In this document: positions 1 through 13,900 of the stretch, piece after piece
How the letters are laid out: the number at the start of each line of letters is the position of its first letter
Position numbering within the stretch: the stretch's first letter is position 1
DNA from: Octopus sinensis
Lineage: Eukaryota
Reading direction: 5' to 3'
Length of the DNA stretch: 64,000 bases
Assembly (NCBI RefSeq): GCF_006345805.1
Contig: NC_043011.1
Location: forward strand, 17,930,464 to 17,994,463
Notes under the pieces: model-generated
Told to the model about the DNA's origin: nothing
The model's input: the letters and a program-made list of their open reading frames with translations, nothing else
The model's database searches: none
Position numbers and translations under genes: made by a program

Positions 1-3000
1 CCTCCGTGCAATTATTTCCGTGAGTTGTTCATAAGGTTGTCACTTTGAGTGCGTAGGTGAATTCAAATTGCCAATGTCACATGTTTTTTTGTTTAGTTCG
101 TATTGGTTAGGTGTTGTTTCTATCATTCAGTGCGAAAGTGTGTTTATTTGCGTACATACATCTGGACAGTCGCTCTACAAATCTATTTATACTGCTATCG
201 TTGGTCAATAATATAGAAAATGATTCCTCCAAGGAATCCTTCTTTAACAGGCCTCGTCTTCTCTATACCTAATAGTTTGTTATCGGGTTTTATCTATTTA
301 TATTTCTTCCCACATACTTTCTCTTTTATATCTTCTTTTCTTTTCTACATCAACACCAAATTTTTTTAATACACATTAGTCCCAAAACTTACAATCGCGC
401 GGGTCGCGTGTGCAACAGAGAAATAAGAATGGAGTGTGTACCCACACACAGAAGTCTGTGGAAATTGCGAGAACATCTGTTTCTAAATTACAACTAACTT
501 AGAATGTAATTATTCTCATTGAACCGCGTTCGAAACACTCGTAAATTAACTTTCTTTTGGTTTAATGTTTCAGCACGATTCAAATTATATTCATGAGATT
601 ACGTATCAATATTTCGTAATCTTGTGTGTTTTGTTACTCTAGAAATTATTACCCTCGCCTTCAGAACAATACATTTATAGACATGATTCGTGGCATAATT
701 TGTACTGGTTCGTATGAATATGAGTAGTCTTCCATTCTTCCAAATAAGAAATACTTGTCACTTAAAGAGTTCGAGCGGAACAATTAAAGAATTACTACAA
801 TTCCTAACTCAAACAGCAACAACCTTTGTCGCAAATCCTAATTTGACATCGAAGCTATAAACATAGAAACAAAATTTACACCATGTTTATTAGGTTAATA
901 TCTTCCTATACTTTATATTCTTGTCCAGAACTGGAAGGACAAAATGAAGTGTTTTGTAAAATGCTGCTACACAAAGATTTTCATGGAAAAAATGTCTAAC
1001 CAGTGTAATTGGATGAGAATGGACTTTGCTGATGGCGCGTTGTCAGTTAGAAATGTTCTCATTGGGAGACAGTGAGTGGCTGCTGTCAATTTCAATACAA
1101 CATCAGGCAACCAACAAGTTTTTATGGAAACACACACACACACATTCATATACACATTCACTCACACACACGTACACACACACTCCCACACTTCCATATA
1201 TATACCCGTATAACTATACACACAAAAGCAATCATATATATATACACACAGATTTACACACATACATATACATAAATCTATAAATCTCTACTGAAAGAGG
1301 AAAGAGACAGGCAGGCATACATAGCTATCTAGGCTGCGAGAATAATATTTAGAATTTCGAATACTATGCGTTACAAATTAATATGAACTAGTTTGTTAAG
1401 GTTTCAAACGATGAGATATATGATGATATTTTGTGTTCAACATATTAAGAATTCCAGACAAATACCTTAAAATAACATAATATTTGTGTATTTGTATTGT
1501 TATATTTCTATAGTTTGAAATGCTAACCAAATATCTTTCACAGCCATTTAAAATGTTAGAAAGATTCCTATTCAACTGTTGATAAAACAAATAACAGATA
1601 TTTTTCAAGGATTAATCGTGAGGCATACAATGGTGATATAAATTTAATCAGCATCTGGCATGAATTGTAAAACCTCAACCTTTAGGCAGTATTTTCGATT
1701 TTCTTTCATGGTTTGAAACAAGGCTGAGAAAGCGTTTGTATCGTTTGAAATATTTTAATTTTTTTTTTATTATCGATGACAATTAAGAGGAAGCAAATAC
1801 AAATACCGTTACTCCAGTAGTGTCGATCGACCATTTACAATTGCAGATGCACCAGCTTTATATTTACCGGCGTCAATGACGATTGCTAATGAAAATGGTA
1901 ATGATAGGTTTTGAGGAAAGTAGAACGAAAGTGATGTATGTCTTTCTATTGATGTTAACATAATTTATGCCGTATGATTCATATACGCGTGAAGGTATTG
2001 ACACCATGCACGCTACAATTACATCAAAGCGAATCTGTAGATATTAAAGAAAGATATGAAAACATCGACAATATAACGCCAATCGCGTCTTATTCTTAGC
2101 TGGATAAGTATATAGGGAACGTGGATGTGATGGAAATTTTGAAATTCCTTCGTTGGATGAGGAAAATGTGGAGGTGACTTGGCGAATAGAGCCAGTAATG
2201 TAAGTAACACCTAGACACAGACAGAGCGCTAAATGATGATATCTCAGAAGAAAAGGTGTAAACGGTTCTCAAAATACTATTCAGTAAGGACCGGCTTAAA
2301 TGTTTCTTCTTTTCATATTTAGCAGAACATAGCTTCAACAGCCGCATCAACTGCTCCAAGTTATCTCCATTAATTTCAAGGTGGAACTGTTTTACAAACA
2401 CTACATTTTTCAATGAGAGTCACTAGCAAAACCATTTAAAAGTAAGATACTGAGACCGTTAATAATAATTTCCAAATGACTTCCTCTTATAATATTAATG
2501 CATTTTTATGTCATTTCGTCGCTGGGTTTCACATTTTTTGCAATGACTTTTAGACTAATGTAATCTTTCCATAAAGGAAGGAGTGAAGTGACAAGATCTT
2601 TGCAGCATTAAATTTCGCAAAGATTATTTGTTTTTGTCGTGCTTTTAAATCATTTTGTCCAATGGCTTGATTATTGTTATTGTGTTTCAAAACAGGTACA
2701 CAATAATTTACCATCAACATGATGTGAATAAATTTAACCAATATCTAAAATGAAGAAAATTACAAAGCGTTTCTTTTTAGTGAAATATTCTTTCCCTTAT
2801 CAATAAAACCTTTCTTCAAATATTCGTTTAGACATCCATGATTTTCTATTTTGACAATGAAAATTCGGTTATGTATGTTTCCTAATATAGTAGAAAACAC
2901 GTGGAGTTTCGTAGTAATTAACAAAAAGTTATTTCAGGTTCACCTATCAATATTTTCCCCAACAAGTAACACGTCAGGATCTTTACATTCCTTCATTCTC

Positions 3001-3419
3001 ACGAATATTTTCGCCTCGTGCTCAAGGGAAAAAAAAAACGTTCAGCAATTGGTTGGATTACCAGCGTCGATACACTGCATTGATAACATGCATTATGTCT
3101 GTAAGAAAATTCTGAAAGTAATTTATCAAGACTTTGTGCCTTACTCTGTGTAAAAGTAATAAAAGTTTTGACGTACTGCAACAGTTTATTAATGCTAATG
3201 GGTATTTGAGGACGTTCTTTGCATCTAAAAATGTCTAAACTTGCTGTAAAAACGGAAGATTTAATGACATCCGTTTTGTTCCATTATTCATCAAAGTGTT
3301 TAAAGTATTTTGTTCATTTCTCAAGCTCCTAGAATTTTATTTTTGTTTTTCTACAGAGTGTAAATTTAATGAAATATTGACAAAGACTAATTATTATTGG
3401 TTTTCAAATTGTGGCACAA

Positions 3420-3605
3420 GCCAGTGGCTTTGGAGGATGAGTAAGTCAATTAGATTGACCTCAGTGTTTAACTGGTACTTAATGTATGGACTACGAAAGG
3501 ATGTAAGACAAAGACATCTTCGGCGGAATTTGAACTCAGAAATTGAAGACTGGCGGAATGCTGCTAAGCATTTTCCCCTGTGTGCTAACAATCCTACCAG
3601 CTGTA
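3420..3605 (-). mobile_element. Degraded copy of tRNA-headed SINE family A
   Basis: Reverse complement resembles the cleaner copies at 4194 and 47666 (cgaaaggatg...ggcggaatttgaactcaga...gctaagcattt...gctaac). Confidence 0.55.
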
Positions 3606-4193
3606 AGTAGTAAGCACATTTTACATTTTAACGAAAGAAATTTATTTTAAATTTCATTAACAATGCCAATGTGTTCCTATCTCTCTTTTTATACAATAAA
3701 AAGATGCATAATTTCACTCTTGTTATTTATGCTTTCAGTAAATATTTGCGATTAATGCACAACAGACAAGCATCATATACTACAAGCGCAATCGAATTAA
3801 ACGATAGACGTATGCAATGAACTGAGAGCGGTCGATGCCGGCAGCGCCCTTCTCTAATTATAATGTCTGGAATAAGATATAAACAAAACATACATTCATC
3901 CACAATTTATTGCAAGGTTACAGAAATTACAGTTTAAGAAAAAGCTAGACTGTAGTAAATAAAGCGTTCATCTTGCACCCGATACTTTCAATGCGAATAG
4001 ATAGCAAACAAAAAAATACCTTTTACCATAAATATTCGATAATATGACACAAGCCACTCAACAGTCACTACGCACTATAACGGGCCAAGCAAATTAAACT
4101 ACGTTTCCATCAGCTGTGGCGTTTCGAACTGTAAACGTATGGATTTTCGTTTGCATTGTAAAATGTTCACACTATCATTGATCATGGCAAGTA

Positions 4194-4595
4194 AGGCGGT
4201 GAACTGGCAGAATCGGTAGCACGCCGAGCGAAATGCGAGCCGTCTTTCGTCTACCGTTGCGTTCTGCGTTCAAATTCCGCCGGGGTCGACTTTGACTTTC
4301 ATCCTTTCGGGGTCGATAAATTAAGTACCAGTTACGCACTGGCGTCGATGTAATCGACTTGATCCGTTTGTCTGTCCTTGTGTGTCCCCTCTGTGTTTAG
4401 CCCCTTGTGGGTAGTAAAGAAATAGGCATTTCGTCAACTCCTCTCATTCTGAGTTCAAGTTCCGCCAAGTTCAACTTTGTCTTTCATCGTTTTCGGGTTA
4501 ATAAATTAAATACCAGTGAAACACTGAGGTTGATGTGATCGACTAGCCTCCTCCCCAAAACTTCAGAATTTGTAGCTATGGTAGAAACGATTATT
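4194..4595 (+). mobile_element. tRNA-headed SINE family A (dimeric body)
   Basis: Head ggcggtgaactggcagaatcggtagc...gttcaaattcc is A/B-box-like. The core gtcgactttgactttcatcctttcggggtcgataaattaagtaccag is repeated as a second unit from about 4420. The same sequence recurs at 10525, 35452, 39733 and 47666. Confidence 0.85.
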
Positions 4596-5914
4596 CATAG
4601 CAAATAAAAACCATGTAGTGAAATATTTCTATTTTTTGTTGGTAGGCTCGACATGTTCGTTATTCGATGAACTAGAGTTATACAAGTGATGGGAACCTAG
4701 AAATAGGAATACAAGAATTTTAATTCTTGTAATAGCAAAATATGTAAACTTCATGTAATTATATTTCACGTGTAACAATTAAATGCCATTTCAATATTTA
4801 TGTATAAAACATTTCAAATCTCTCGTCACTTATGAACGCAGCGCATTAACATTTATCAACCTAAAGACATGCAATCACAAACCCAAACTTGCATGTGCGT
4901 ATTCACTCTCACATATTTTGTTCAAATGTATCAGTGGAATATTGCTGGTGCCATAAATATCTGCTATAGAATCACTAAACCCATAACAAGTGGATAGTGA
5001 GTGCTATTATATATACGAAAGCGTGAAACTCGAGGATGTTATTCAAAGAATCCAATTATTTATTAGAGACGAAATTAGCATTGAACATGTAAGTTGGAGA
5101 TTATCCGAATATTCTAGGATTATTATGGATGCAATTACACTTAAGATTCAAACAATGAGTGTATATGTATGTATATGTGTGTTTGTGTGTAGATATGTGC
5201 TCGTATGTGCCCAACCAAAGTATATATTTTTAAAATTTACGTACGTCATGAAGTGGTACTTCAAGTTCAATTACAACGTAATATTTCATTGTTGATATAT
5301 TAAACATTTTACAGATGCAGGCCTCTGTTTCTACTAATCATAGGTATACTATAGGAAAAACATCTATGTTACCATACAGTTCTTCATCAGCGTCATGTTC
5401 CGCATTCAGGCAAATTTTTATTTGTCTACTAATCCCATGGATGCATCTGCAGCAGATCGCCAGGTGAAGAAATGGAAATATTAACCGATCTGAAAGAGGG
5501 AAAGAGTAACTAAATTATTATTTGAATGGTTATTTATTTATTGAATTCAGAATATAAATATTAGAGTTTAATTTGTTCGAATTTCGACGAATTAATCAAA
5601 TCCATACATTACTTAATATCTTCGTAGGATTTCCTTATGTTAATACTATATCGTAATTCTTGATTAATATCCGTTATGCAATTAAAATTGAAAGCCAAAT
5701 AGCACCTCTAGAGTCACTCAAAAGTTGCTACCCCGAAACACGAAGTGGAACTCCAGTTCCTAGGAAAATGCCTCAAGAAGCTAAAATAATATACGTTTGT
5801 AACATCCGTTGCTACGTTAACAACGAAGTTGTGATCAGGAACCATATTTCATATTAAACAAATATATATTGAACGTACTTATCATGCAATAATTAAAGTG
5901 GAAAACAAAAAGCG

Positions 5915-5955
5915 TCGCTTATGAGATCACAGGTGTGTGACGAAAGATTTCCAGA
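5915..5955 (+). ncRNA. Degenerate hammerhead motif, same family as 21240/21414
   Basis: CTTATGA-GATCACAGGTGTGTGAC-GAAAG-ATTTC aligns with CTGATGA-GGTCACAGAAGTGTGAC-GAAA. The G5 position is mutated. Confidence 0.35.
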
Positions 5956-6072
5956 CAATGGATCTGAATTAAAATAAGAAGAGTAATAAACGAGTGAATA
6001 ACAAATATATATTGTTGTTTGTTTTCCTTTTCGAAAATTGATATACGCACACAGATATATATGTGTGTGTAT

Positions 6073-6104
<32 letters not shown>

Positions 6105-6329
6105 GGGCATATGATTTCACCAACTGTGCAAACATGAAATGGACAGGTGAGGAAAAGAATGATGGAAGATGATCACGTGAGCAACGAGAGATAGCAAAAG
6201 AGAAAGAGAGAAAGTTAGAAAAATGTGAAAGAGGGAGGGGAGAAAACAGGAATTAGAATCGGATGGGGGAAATATGTCTCTCTCTCTCCCTCTGTGCCCC
6301 CTTTCTCTTTTTCTCTCTCTTGTTGCTCA

Positions 6330-7950
6330 CACAAGACCATCGTCTATCTTTTTTCCTCACCTGACCATCTTTTCCTCGTCTTTTCCTCCTCCCACACCAA
6401 ACAAATCATCCCCTACTCCCAGTTCCTCCGTCTCAGAATTTCCAGACAGAATCTCAATTCTTCGCCCGTCTGTTTACACGTCGCGGATAAAACTCTACTG
6501 TTGTCCAGCCACCTTTACCAGGACCCGCGAAGGAGATCGTACCTCGGCTCCCTCTTTTTCCCCATCCCTGTCAGCCTAGCACATTATCTTTCCCTTCCTT
6601 TTTCATCCATCCACTCAACTTATACATCGGAAAAATCATACGGGTTTTCCGATCCTACCATGTTCCCTGATTTCCCCAATCAAACACAACCCTCGTCTAA
6701 ATGCTCGCGTAACCCGTGGTTCCCTCCACTTTTCCACTTCTACTCGTCATAGATCTTTCCCTTGCTCCCGACCCTGTTGCCACACTGGCGGTTCATCTCC
6801 AGTACCACTTCCCTCACTGGTACCAGTCAACACTCTATTTTCATCTATGACACGTATATTCTGGACATCGCTTAGCCGAAAATTTTATAGATCTACGAGA
6901 TATCCACCTCGAAATAAGTATCCCAGTCACCTGTCATTTTTGCTCTAGCATTCTCTCGACTGAGTACATCATTATCTTCGATCTCACCTTGCACCTTGGA
7001 ATCACCAGCATTAGATATCGTCAAGAACAGAATTATATTATCACATTAGGAACTTATACACCGCTTGGACTGAAGAGCCTACTCCTTCTCGTAATAGCTT
7101 CCGCATTCCTTTCGCTTTATATGTTATTTTATCTTATACTTTTTAACTTTTCACTTGTTGAAATTAATTGTTTAAACTTAATATTTTCAGTTTATTTCTA
7201 TTAATTGAAAAAAAAAATTCATATTTTGAATTAGCTTAATTATTCTAATTTAGAAATATTAAAATTAAAATTGTTTTCGCTTTTAATTCAATATTTTTAT
7301 ATTCAATTTATCTTCCACAAACACCCATATACATGATTTACATCTCATTTCACATATTGCATACGTATCTCTCTCAGACTAACACACACGTTTCTGTATC
7401 CTAGCATGTAAAAATCTATTCACCTACACCGACATACAGACGCACACACACGCAAATGTACACGTTCATACAAAGGCAAACACGTAGACACGCACGCACA
7501 CACATATCCACACATAATAATATACATACACACAGCAACATCCGTGCCCTTATTCACATGTCACCTCACTTATCGACCACAAAATCTAAATACTGCTGCC
7601 AACCTGTTTGCTTCACACTTCTAGACACGTATCACTCCCGAAAGCATAAACCTACACGCCCTGAGATACTTTCGACAGGAAAACACTGGCCATTTTCGCA
7701 TACTCCTGCCTTCAAAAGGCTTTCTTTATATTTCTCCACTTGCGATCATATACTTTTCAGCCATGTAACAATACACGGGCTTTTCTATGAACTTTTTACT
7801 CTTTCCTGTGTCAAATGAAGAGCTACACCCGAAACGATATACCCTACTTTTTCATCTTAAACGTTCTTTCAGAGTATGTTCTATATATTCACTGCATATG
7901 TCCTCGTGTACTTTGTTGTTTTCCTGTTATTTTTTTTATTTCTCTCTCTC
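6330..7950 (+). mobile_element. Decayed 3' fragment of a Penelope-like element (RT C-terminus, GIY-YIG, 3' UTR/pLTR)
   Basis: SHTKQIIPYSQFLRLR matches the PLE SHP...IPYSQFLRLRRICS motif. Later frames give endonuclease remnants (PVTCHF; QEQNYIITLGTYTPLGL, cf. LGT..P.GLN). Many frameshifts. Ends at a (CT)n(TA)n tract. Confidence 0.75.
7808..7845 (+). ncRNA. Degenerate hammerhead motif in the pLTR of the 6330-7950 PLE
   Basis: ATGAAGA-GCTACACCC-GAAAC-GAT. Downstream sequence resembles the pLTR at 49590-49790. Confidence 0.3.
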
Positions 7951-8014
7951 TCTCCATATATATAAATGTGCTTATATGTAAATATAATATATGCATAATT
8001 ACCTACCTACCTAA

Positions 8015-8072
<58 letters not shown>

Positions 8073-9029
8073 CACCTCCATACGTGCATGCATAAGTACA
8101 CACATACTATGTACATGCATCCATGGATATACACACATATACATATATATATTTACATATGCATATATACACATACACACACATATATACATATATATAC
8201 ATATCTGTTTATGTATATGTATGTATGCATGTAAGGATGTAAGTATATACGTATGCATGTATGTATACATAGGTAAAATATCATGCTCAAATCGTCACCT
8301 ATAAAGTTAATTTCCGAAATGCTTTAAACATATTATCATATTGAAAACAAGGGGCCGACTCAACTATAAAATAAAGGAGCCATAGCAAAACGGTGTTCAT
8401 TCGCTTCTATTCTTCCTTACACTTGTTTATTTGAACAAATGCAATCTATGATATTCTAACATTTTCAATGATATTAACAATATTAACAATTGTCAGTTGA
8501 ATGAAATAATTAACTAATCATATTACCTCGAAATATTGGCTTCGTGTAACATGTAGTCTGGTTATTTATGTGCAGCTTTGAAGCATTGTGGTGTAATGAT
8601 ATAAAAGGAACATACTATAAAAGTACTTGATTAAAAACTTTTGTTTTTGAAACCAAATTTTATTGTCGAATATTTAAAGATAAGTATATTAGTAAACCGT
8701 CATAATTTCCATTTATGGCTGAGTTTTCTTCTCCGCTTATATAACGTTATTATAGCACAATGCTTTTAAACACCTCATAAATTCTGTGTTTACATGTTAT
8801 ATGAGGGCGATTTTTGGATGCAATATATGTAATTAATTCTGTTCAAGTGACATTTATGTAGTATTACAGTAAAAATTGAATATCATAGATTGAAGTTTGT
8901 GAAGTAATGAAAGATAAACAGAAACACGAAAACACGATAACTGTGCAACTTGAGTTGATGTATTTCAAATTTTCAGTCGAGTTCCGAGCCTCAACACATA
9001 TCACATAGTCGTAGTAGTAGTAGTAGTAT

Positions 9030-9066
<37 letters not shown>

Positions 9067-9087
9067 GGTGGTGGTGAAAATAATAAT

Positions 9088-9549
9088 GATGGGCTACAGC
9101 AAATATTCTGTTCGATACCAAAGATTTGCTTGTCAGTTGTTTCACCATAACCAGTTGAGCATGTCCCTTAGTGGATGACGATATGTGTATCTCTGATCAC
9201 GAGCACAAGCAATGGGGGAGCATCAGAACCATGTGTTGAGGGTAATTCTTCGGGGTTTGAATAATTCAACTGTGGAAACATGGGTGTTTCCTTCAACATA
9301 CTTAAATACCCATTGTTCAGGAACCTCTTGATCGGGATATGCTCCTCGACCCGGAGGAAATTCTTACTGAGCCCCTCATGCAAGGTCATGAGCTGTTTAT
9401 ATTGATATGAGATCACCCTGTCTCTCAAATATGGTTGTGAGGCATGTATTTGGTTTACCCTTATCAGACGTGTATCATTGATGGGTATATTGGACTTCGT
9501 ATATTTGTAACCCAAGGTATCTTTGGTGGCAAGCACTGCTCTCTCACTC

Positions 9550-9550
<1 letters not shown>
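9088..9550 (+). mobile_element. (AAT)n-tailed interspersed element, 5'-truncated copy
   Basis: Homologous to the reverse complements of 57013-57492 and 57624-58162. Ends ...ctctcactc followed by (AAT)n. Confidence 0.8.
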
Positions 9551-9581
<31 letters not shown>

Positions 9582-9587
9582 TAATAA

Positions 9588-9648
<61 letters not shown>

Positions 9649-9731
9649 GGTGGTGGTGGTGGTAGTGGTGGTGGTAGTGGTGGTGGTGGAGGTGGTGGTG
9701 GTTGCGGTGGTGGTGGCGGCGGTGGCGGTAT

Positions 9732-9767
<36 letters not shown>
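9549..9767. repeat. Compound microsatellite (AAT)n(AGT)n(GGT)n(AGT)n
   Basis: Read directly. Explains the poly-N/S/G/L/P/T/V ORFs in the track. Confidence 0.98.
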
Positions 9768-9769
9768 CA

Positions 9770-10090
9770 AATTCCCCGATACAGCACCAGACGGTGGCTC
9801 TCATGACTTCGAATCTTAACTGATTGGAAGCGTTATCACGTACATGGTTTCTCTTGGTATAAAAGATGTGGTACAGTAAATATTCTACTCAGTACCTCAG
9901 CTTTGTTTGTCAGTTGCTTGACCTTGACCAGTTGAGCATGTCCTTTAGTGGCTGATGATATGTGCATCTCTAAACACGAAAAGAAGTAACGGGGGAAAAT
10001 ATCATGGCCATGTGTTGAGAGGAATGTTTGGGGCCTTGATTATTTACCTCTGAAAGCATGGGTGTTTCATTCAACATCCTTAAACAAACC
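9770..10090 (+). mobile_element. (AAT)n-tailed element family, 5' half, more diverged copy
   Basis: gtggctctcatgacttcgaatcttaactgattggaag...accagttgagcatgtcctttagtggctgatgatatgtgcatctc matches the family. Confidence 0.75.
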
Positions 10091-10524
10091 TTATTTGTGT
10101 GTGTTCGTGTGCGCGGGTGTGTGTGTGTGTGTGATGCGAAAAATTCTCTCTTCTCACTCGCTTGCGGGTTCAATCCCAGTGAGGGGCATGTAACACAAGT
10201 CTTCTGAGTATTTTTGCGTCACAGAAACTGAAAGAATCCTGTCATATAGACACACACACGTCCACACACATATACACACACGTTGAGCTTTATCATTTGA
10301 ACTGGTTCTCGAGTTATATATAAACCTACACACAATAACATATCATTTGGTCGAAAAACATTTTCGGATACGAAAAGACGAAGGCTCATCGTGGGACTAT
10401 AACCCCACGGTCTTTTGAAAGTTGACTATGTCTTACCATGTCAACACTAATTGTAGATATACGTGTATGTATGAGTGTGTATATATATATATAATTATAT
10501 ATATATATATATATATATACATAT

Positions 10525-10701
10525 ATTTCTTTATTGCCCACAAGGGGCTAAACATAGAGGGTACAAACAAGGATAGACAAAGGGATTAAGTCGATTACAT
10601 CGACGCCAGTGCGTAACTGGTAATTTATTTACCGACCCCGAAAGGATGAAAGGCAAAGTCGACACCAGCGAATTTGAACTTAGAACGTAACGGTAGAAGA
10701 A
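10525..10701 (-). mobile_element. SINE family A, 5'-truncated
   Basis: cccacaaggggctaaac...gaccccgaaaggatgaaaggcaaagtcgac...gaatttgaac. Confidence 0.85.
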
Positions 10702-10719
10702 TATATATATACATATATT

Positions 10720-10757
<38 letters not shown>

Positions 10758-10777
10758 TTATATATATATATAATATA

Positions 10778-10839
<62 letters not shown>

Positions 10840-10997
10840 TATATATATATACACATATATATATATAATATATATATATACATATACATATATATATATA
10901 ATATATATATATATATATACTTACATATATATATATACATACATATATACATACATATATATATATATATATACATATACATACATATATATATACA

Positions 10998-11043
<46 letters not shown>

Positions 11044-11078
11044 CATATATATATACATATATAATATATATATATATA
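10702..11078. repeat. (TA)n-rich microsatellite, 5' insertion site of the PLE
   Basis: Read directly. Confidence 0.97.
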
Positions 11079-11080
11079 CG

Positions 11081-11216
11081 AAATAAAACAAATATATTAT
11101 TGGAAGTTTGGTTGCGTTAATTATTGGTTGTTGCAAATTGTCACATTACATGTATATATACAGTCTTTAGTAAAAAGGACATAGTACAACAGTATGGTGA
11201 GAATATTTGAAAAATT
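11081..11216 (-). repeat. Inverted copy of the 3' pLTR segment 15660-15795
   Basis: 136 bp with 3 mismatches by manual alignment (about 98% identity). Confidence 0.9.
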
Positions 11217-11623
11217 CTACAATCCCATCAAAAGAACCGAGACACCCATCAACACAAGACGAAACTTTACCAGACAACGTAGACCCCAACCCACACAAGA
11301 ATCGTTCCAGATTCGGAGATCCTACCCATCACTTAGGAACCCATCTCTGAACTATGATTGTAGATTCCAACCCAAACCGTTCCAAACTCAGAGTTCTCCC
11401 CCAACATATAGGAATTCACTTCTAAACAATGAATGTGTTTTCCAACCCACTCTAAGGAACCAACATTACACCCAGGACAAACAACCCAGACCTGGAACAA
11501 CCAAAACCTCTTCAACAGACAACATATCAACGGGGAACAGAATCACATACAGCAAAATACCGCAGATAGAAGAACCCCCAGGATTACTTTTTTAGGCAAG
11601 GGCATCAGTTTCCACGACACCAG

Positions 11624-13900
11624 ATGGTAGATACCAACCCCGAAAAACCAAAAATAGTGAATCTTTCTAACCTAAACCTGTCGACACCACAAATAAAAAT
11701 CCTTTCAAGAGGACTAAAATTCCCACGAACTCCGCAATACCCTAACCTGAGGGAAATACAGGATGACATCTCACATTTTTGCAGAAAATTACGCCTCACA
11801 GAGGAATTTTTTGACAGGAAAACTAATAATAACGACGAATCAATGGTCCGTAACAAAAGCAGCTATAATCCCATAAAAGGCAAAAACAAAACCTTAGACA
11901 AATTTTGCGATTACATCTCAAACTTCCCTTATGGTGAACTCCCACAACCTAAACCCAAACCCAACACCAGTAAAAGAGAATGGGAAATCATCCATACGCT
12001 ACGAGACAATCATGACGTCACAATAAAGGAAGCTGATAAGGGTAGTACGGTCGTTATTATGAATACTGAGCAGTATACAAACTCTGTATCTCTCCTTTTA
12101 CAGGATACCACATACTATGAAAGAGTAGTCGACTACCAGCAATCCAAAACAATGACCAAACTGAAGGCACTCATTTACCAACACCGGAATGACTTAACAG
12201 CAAAGGAATGCGACTACATTACAAACTTTAATTGCAAAACCAGCACACTCTATGGGCTTCCAAAAATACACAAGAGTCAAATTATCACAGAAGCTTTCAA
12301 AAAGTCTACTTCAACCTGCATCACTATACCACATCCCACTGATCTCAAACTGAGACCAATAGTGGCAGGCCCAAGTTGTGAAACACACAGACTTAGCAAC
12401 TTTATAGATATCATCTTAAAGCCAATACTGAAACACATTCCAAGTATTGTAAGAGATGACCTGGACCTATTAAATCATCTCCCCAAACATACCGATAAAG
12501 ACACTTTAATCGTTTCCTTTGATGTAATTAATATTTACACCACAATCCCACATGAATATAGACTGGAAGCCATTAAATTCTGGCTGGATAAATATATCAA
12601 TGAGATCCCAGAAAGAATTAAAAAAGAATTCATCATTGAGGGCCTCAAATTTATTCTGCAAAACAACTTCATGTATTTCAATAACAACACTTACAGACAG
12701 GTTTCAGGAACTGCAATGGGTACGAAAGTTGCACCTACCTATGCAAACCTGGTGATGGCCTACCTGGAATCACATATCTATGAAAAATCCAAATATAAGT
12801 ACGGCCAGTCTTTCCACGAATACCTGTTGGAGAACTGGAAACGCTACTTAGATGATTGCCTCATCCTATGGTCCCACACACTCGACCAACTTATAGACTT
12901 CAAAAACCTTATTAACAATGTAAATAACAACATTCAATTCACAATGGAATATAGTCAGGACCAACTCCCTTTTCTTGACATTCTAATCATTAAAAAAGGC
13001 GTCAACATTGAAACTGACATCCATTACAAACCCACTGACTCTAAACAATACCTTCTATTCACCTTCAATCACCCAAAACACACAAAGACAAATATCCCCT
13101 TCAACCTAGCGAGAAGAATCTGCACTATTGTCTCAAATGACACAACACGAAATAGAAGACTCCGGGAACTAAGGGCAATTCTTCTCGAAAGACATTACCC
13201 GGCATCACTAGTAGACAACGGAATAGAACGGGCCAAATCAATCAACACTCAAGACCTACGAAAACCCAAACACATCCACAGTACAGTAAATAGCCTCCCC
13301 TATCTCTCAACACACAACCCAAGGAATGCAGAAGCTTACACTATTATATACAACAACATTCCACAACTAAATCAAGACCCACGCCTGAAAAAATTACTGG
13401 CAGCTCATAAAATAATAAAAAGTAAGAGACAACCTAAATCCCTAAAAAACCTCCTCACCAACGCAAAATTACACAACACAAACCCACCGCCCACCATCAA
13501 AAAATGTGGTCGCCCCAACTGCAGGACTTGCATCCACCTCATTGAGGGATCGACGTACAAGTTCCACTCGGGACACACATTCATCATAAAAAATAATTTC
13601 ACGTGCGCATCAAAAAATTTACTCTACGTCATAAGGTGTGAAGGATGCCACGAAGACTACATAGGGCAAACGAGACTTACCCTCAGAGAAAGAATGACAG
13701 TTCACCGACAACAACTGAGGGACTCCTCCACAAGACAGATACCACTAAGTGGACACTTAGACGTTTGTGCACACAATAAGTCCCCCAAATTCTTAGTCTT
13801 CCCACTATACCAATGCTCGGACAACACCACAGACCAAACACGAATAAATAGGGAAAGTAATCTTATTCAAAAATACAGACCACAACTAAACATACTCTAA
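11624..13900 (+). CDS. PLE reverse transcriptase plus GIY-YIG endonuclease (758 aa)
   Basis: Motifs IVNLS..LSRGLKF, KEADKG, LYGLPKIHK, LRPIV, FDV.NIYT, GTAMGTKVAPTYANL, WKRYLDD, LPFLD, YKPTD. Linker CGRPNCRTC. Endonuclease LLYVIRCEGC...YIGQT...RERMTVH...H...RE...QLN. Confidence 0.95.
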   Translation: MVDTNPEKPKIVNLSNLNLSTPQIKILSRGLKFPRTPQYPNLREIQDDISHFCRKLRLTEEFFDRKTNNNDESMVRNKSSYNPIKGKNKTLDKFCDYISNFPYGELPQPKPKPNTSKREWEIIHTLRDNHDVTIKEADKGSTVVIMNTEQYTNSVSLLLQDTTYYERVVDYQQSKTMTKLKALIYQHRNDLTAKECDYITNFNCKTSTLYGLPKIHKSQIITEAFKKSTSTCITIPHPTDLKLRPIVAGPSCETHRLSNFIDIILKPILKHIPSIVRDDLDLLNHLPKHTDKDTLIVSFDVINIYTTIPHEYRLEAIKFWLDKYINEIPERIKKEFIIEGLKFILQNNFMYFNNNTYRQVSGTAMGTKVAPTYANLVMAYLESHIYEKSKYKYGQSFHEYLLENWKRYLDDCLILWSHTLDQLIDFKNLINNVNNNIQFTMEYSQDQLPFLDILIIKKGVNIETDIHYKPTDSKQYLLFTFNHPKHTKTNIPFNLARRICTIVSNDTTRNRRLRELRAILLERHYPASLVDNGIERAKSINTQDLRKPKHIHSTVNSLPYLSTHNPRNAEAYTIIYNNIPQLNQDPRLKKLLAAHKIIKSKRQPKSLKNLLTNAKLHNTNPPPTIKKCGRPNCRTCIHLIEGSTYKFHSGHTFIIKNNFTCASKNLLYVIRCEGCHEDYIGQTRLTLRERMTVHRQQLRDSSTRQIPLSGHLDVCAHNKSPKFLVFPLYQCSDNTTDQTRINRESNLIQKYRPQLNIL

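Noticed and set aside
2019-2413. Possible host exon or transposon ORF
   Set aside because: Two overlapping frames with no recognisable motif. The plus strand has a weak LINE-like LNDDISEEKV remnant with stops. No call can be supported.
4194-4290. tRNA genes at SINE heads (also 16780 and 61727)
   Set aside because: They have A/B-box similarity but no complete cloverleaf, and they are embedded in repeated SINE bodies.
9168-9770. 200-aa ORF with about 126 non-repetitive codons
   Set aside because: It is the antisense frame of the (AAT)n-tailed element, and the homologous frames in the 57013 and 57624 copies contain stops.
11194-11595. 133-aa ORF upstream of the PLE RT as a separate ORF1
   Set aside because: Its ATG lies inside the inverted pLTR copy. 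PLEs have a single ORF, so this is a frameshifted or truncated low-complexity N-terminus.
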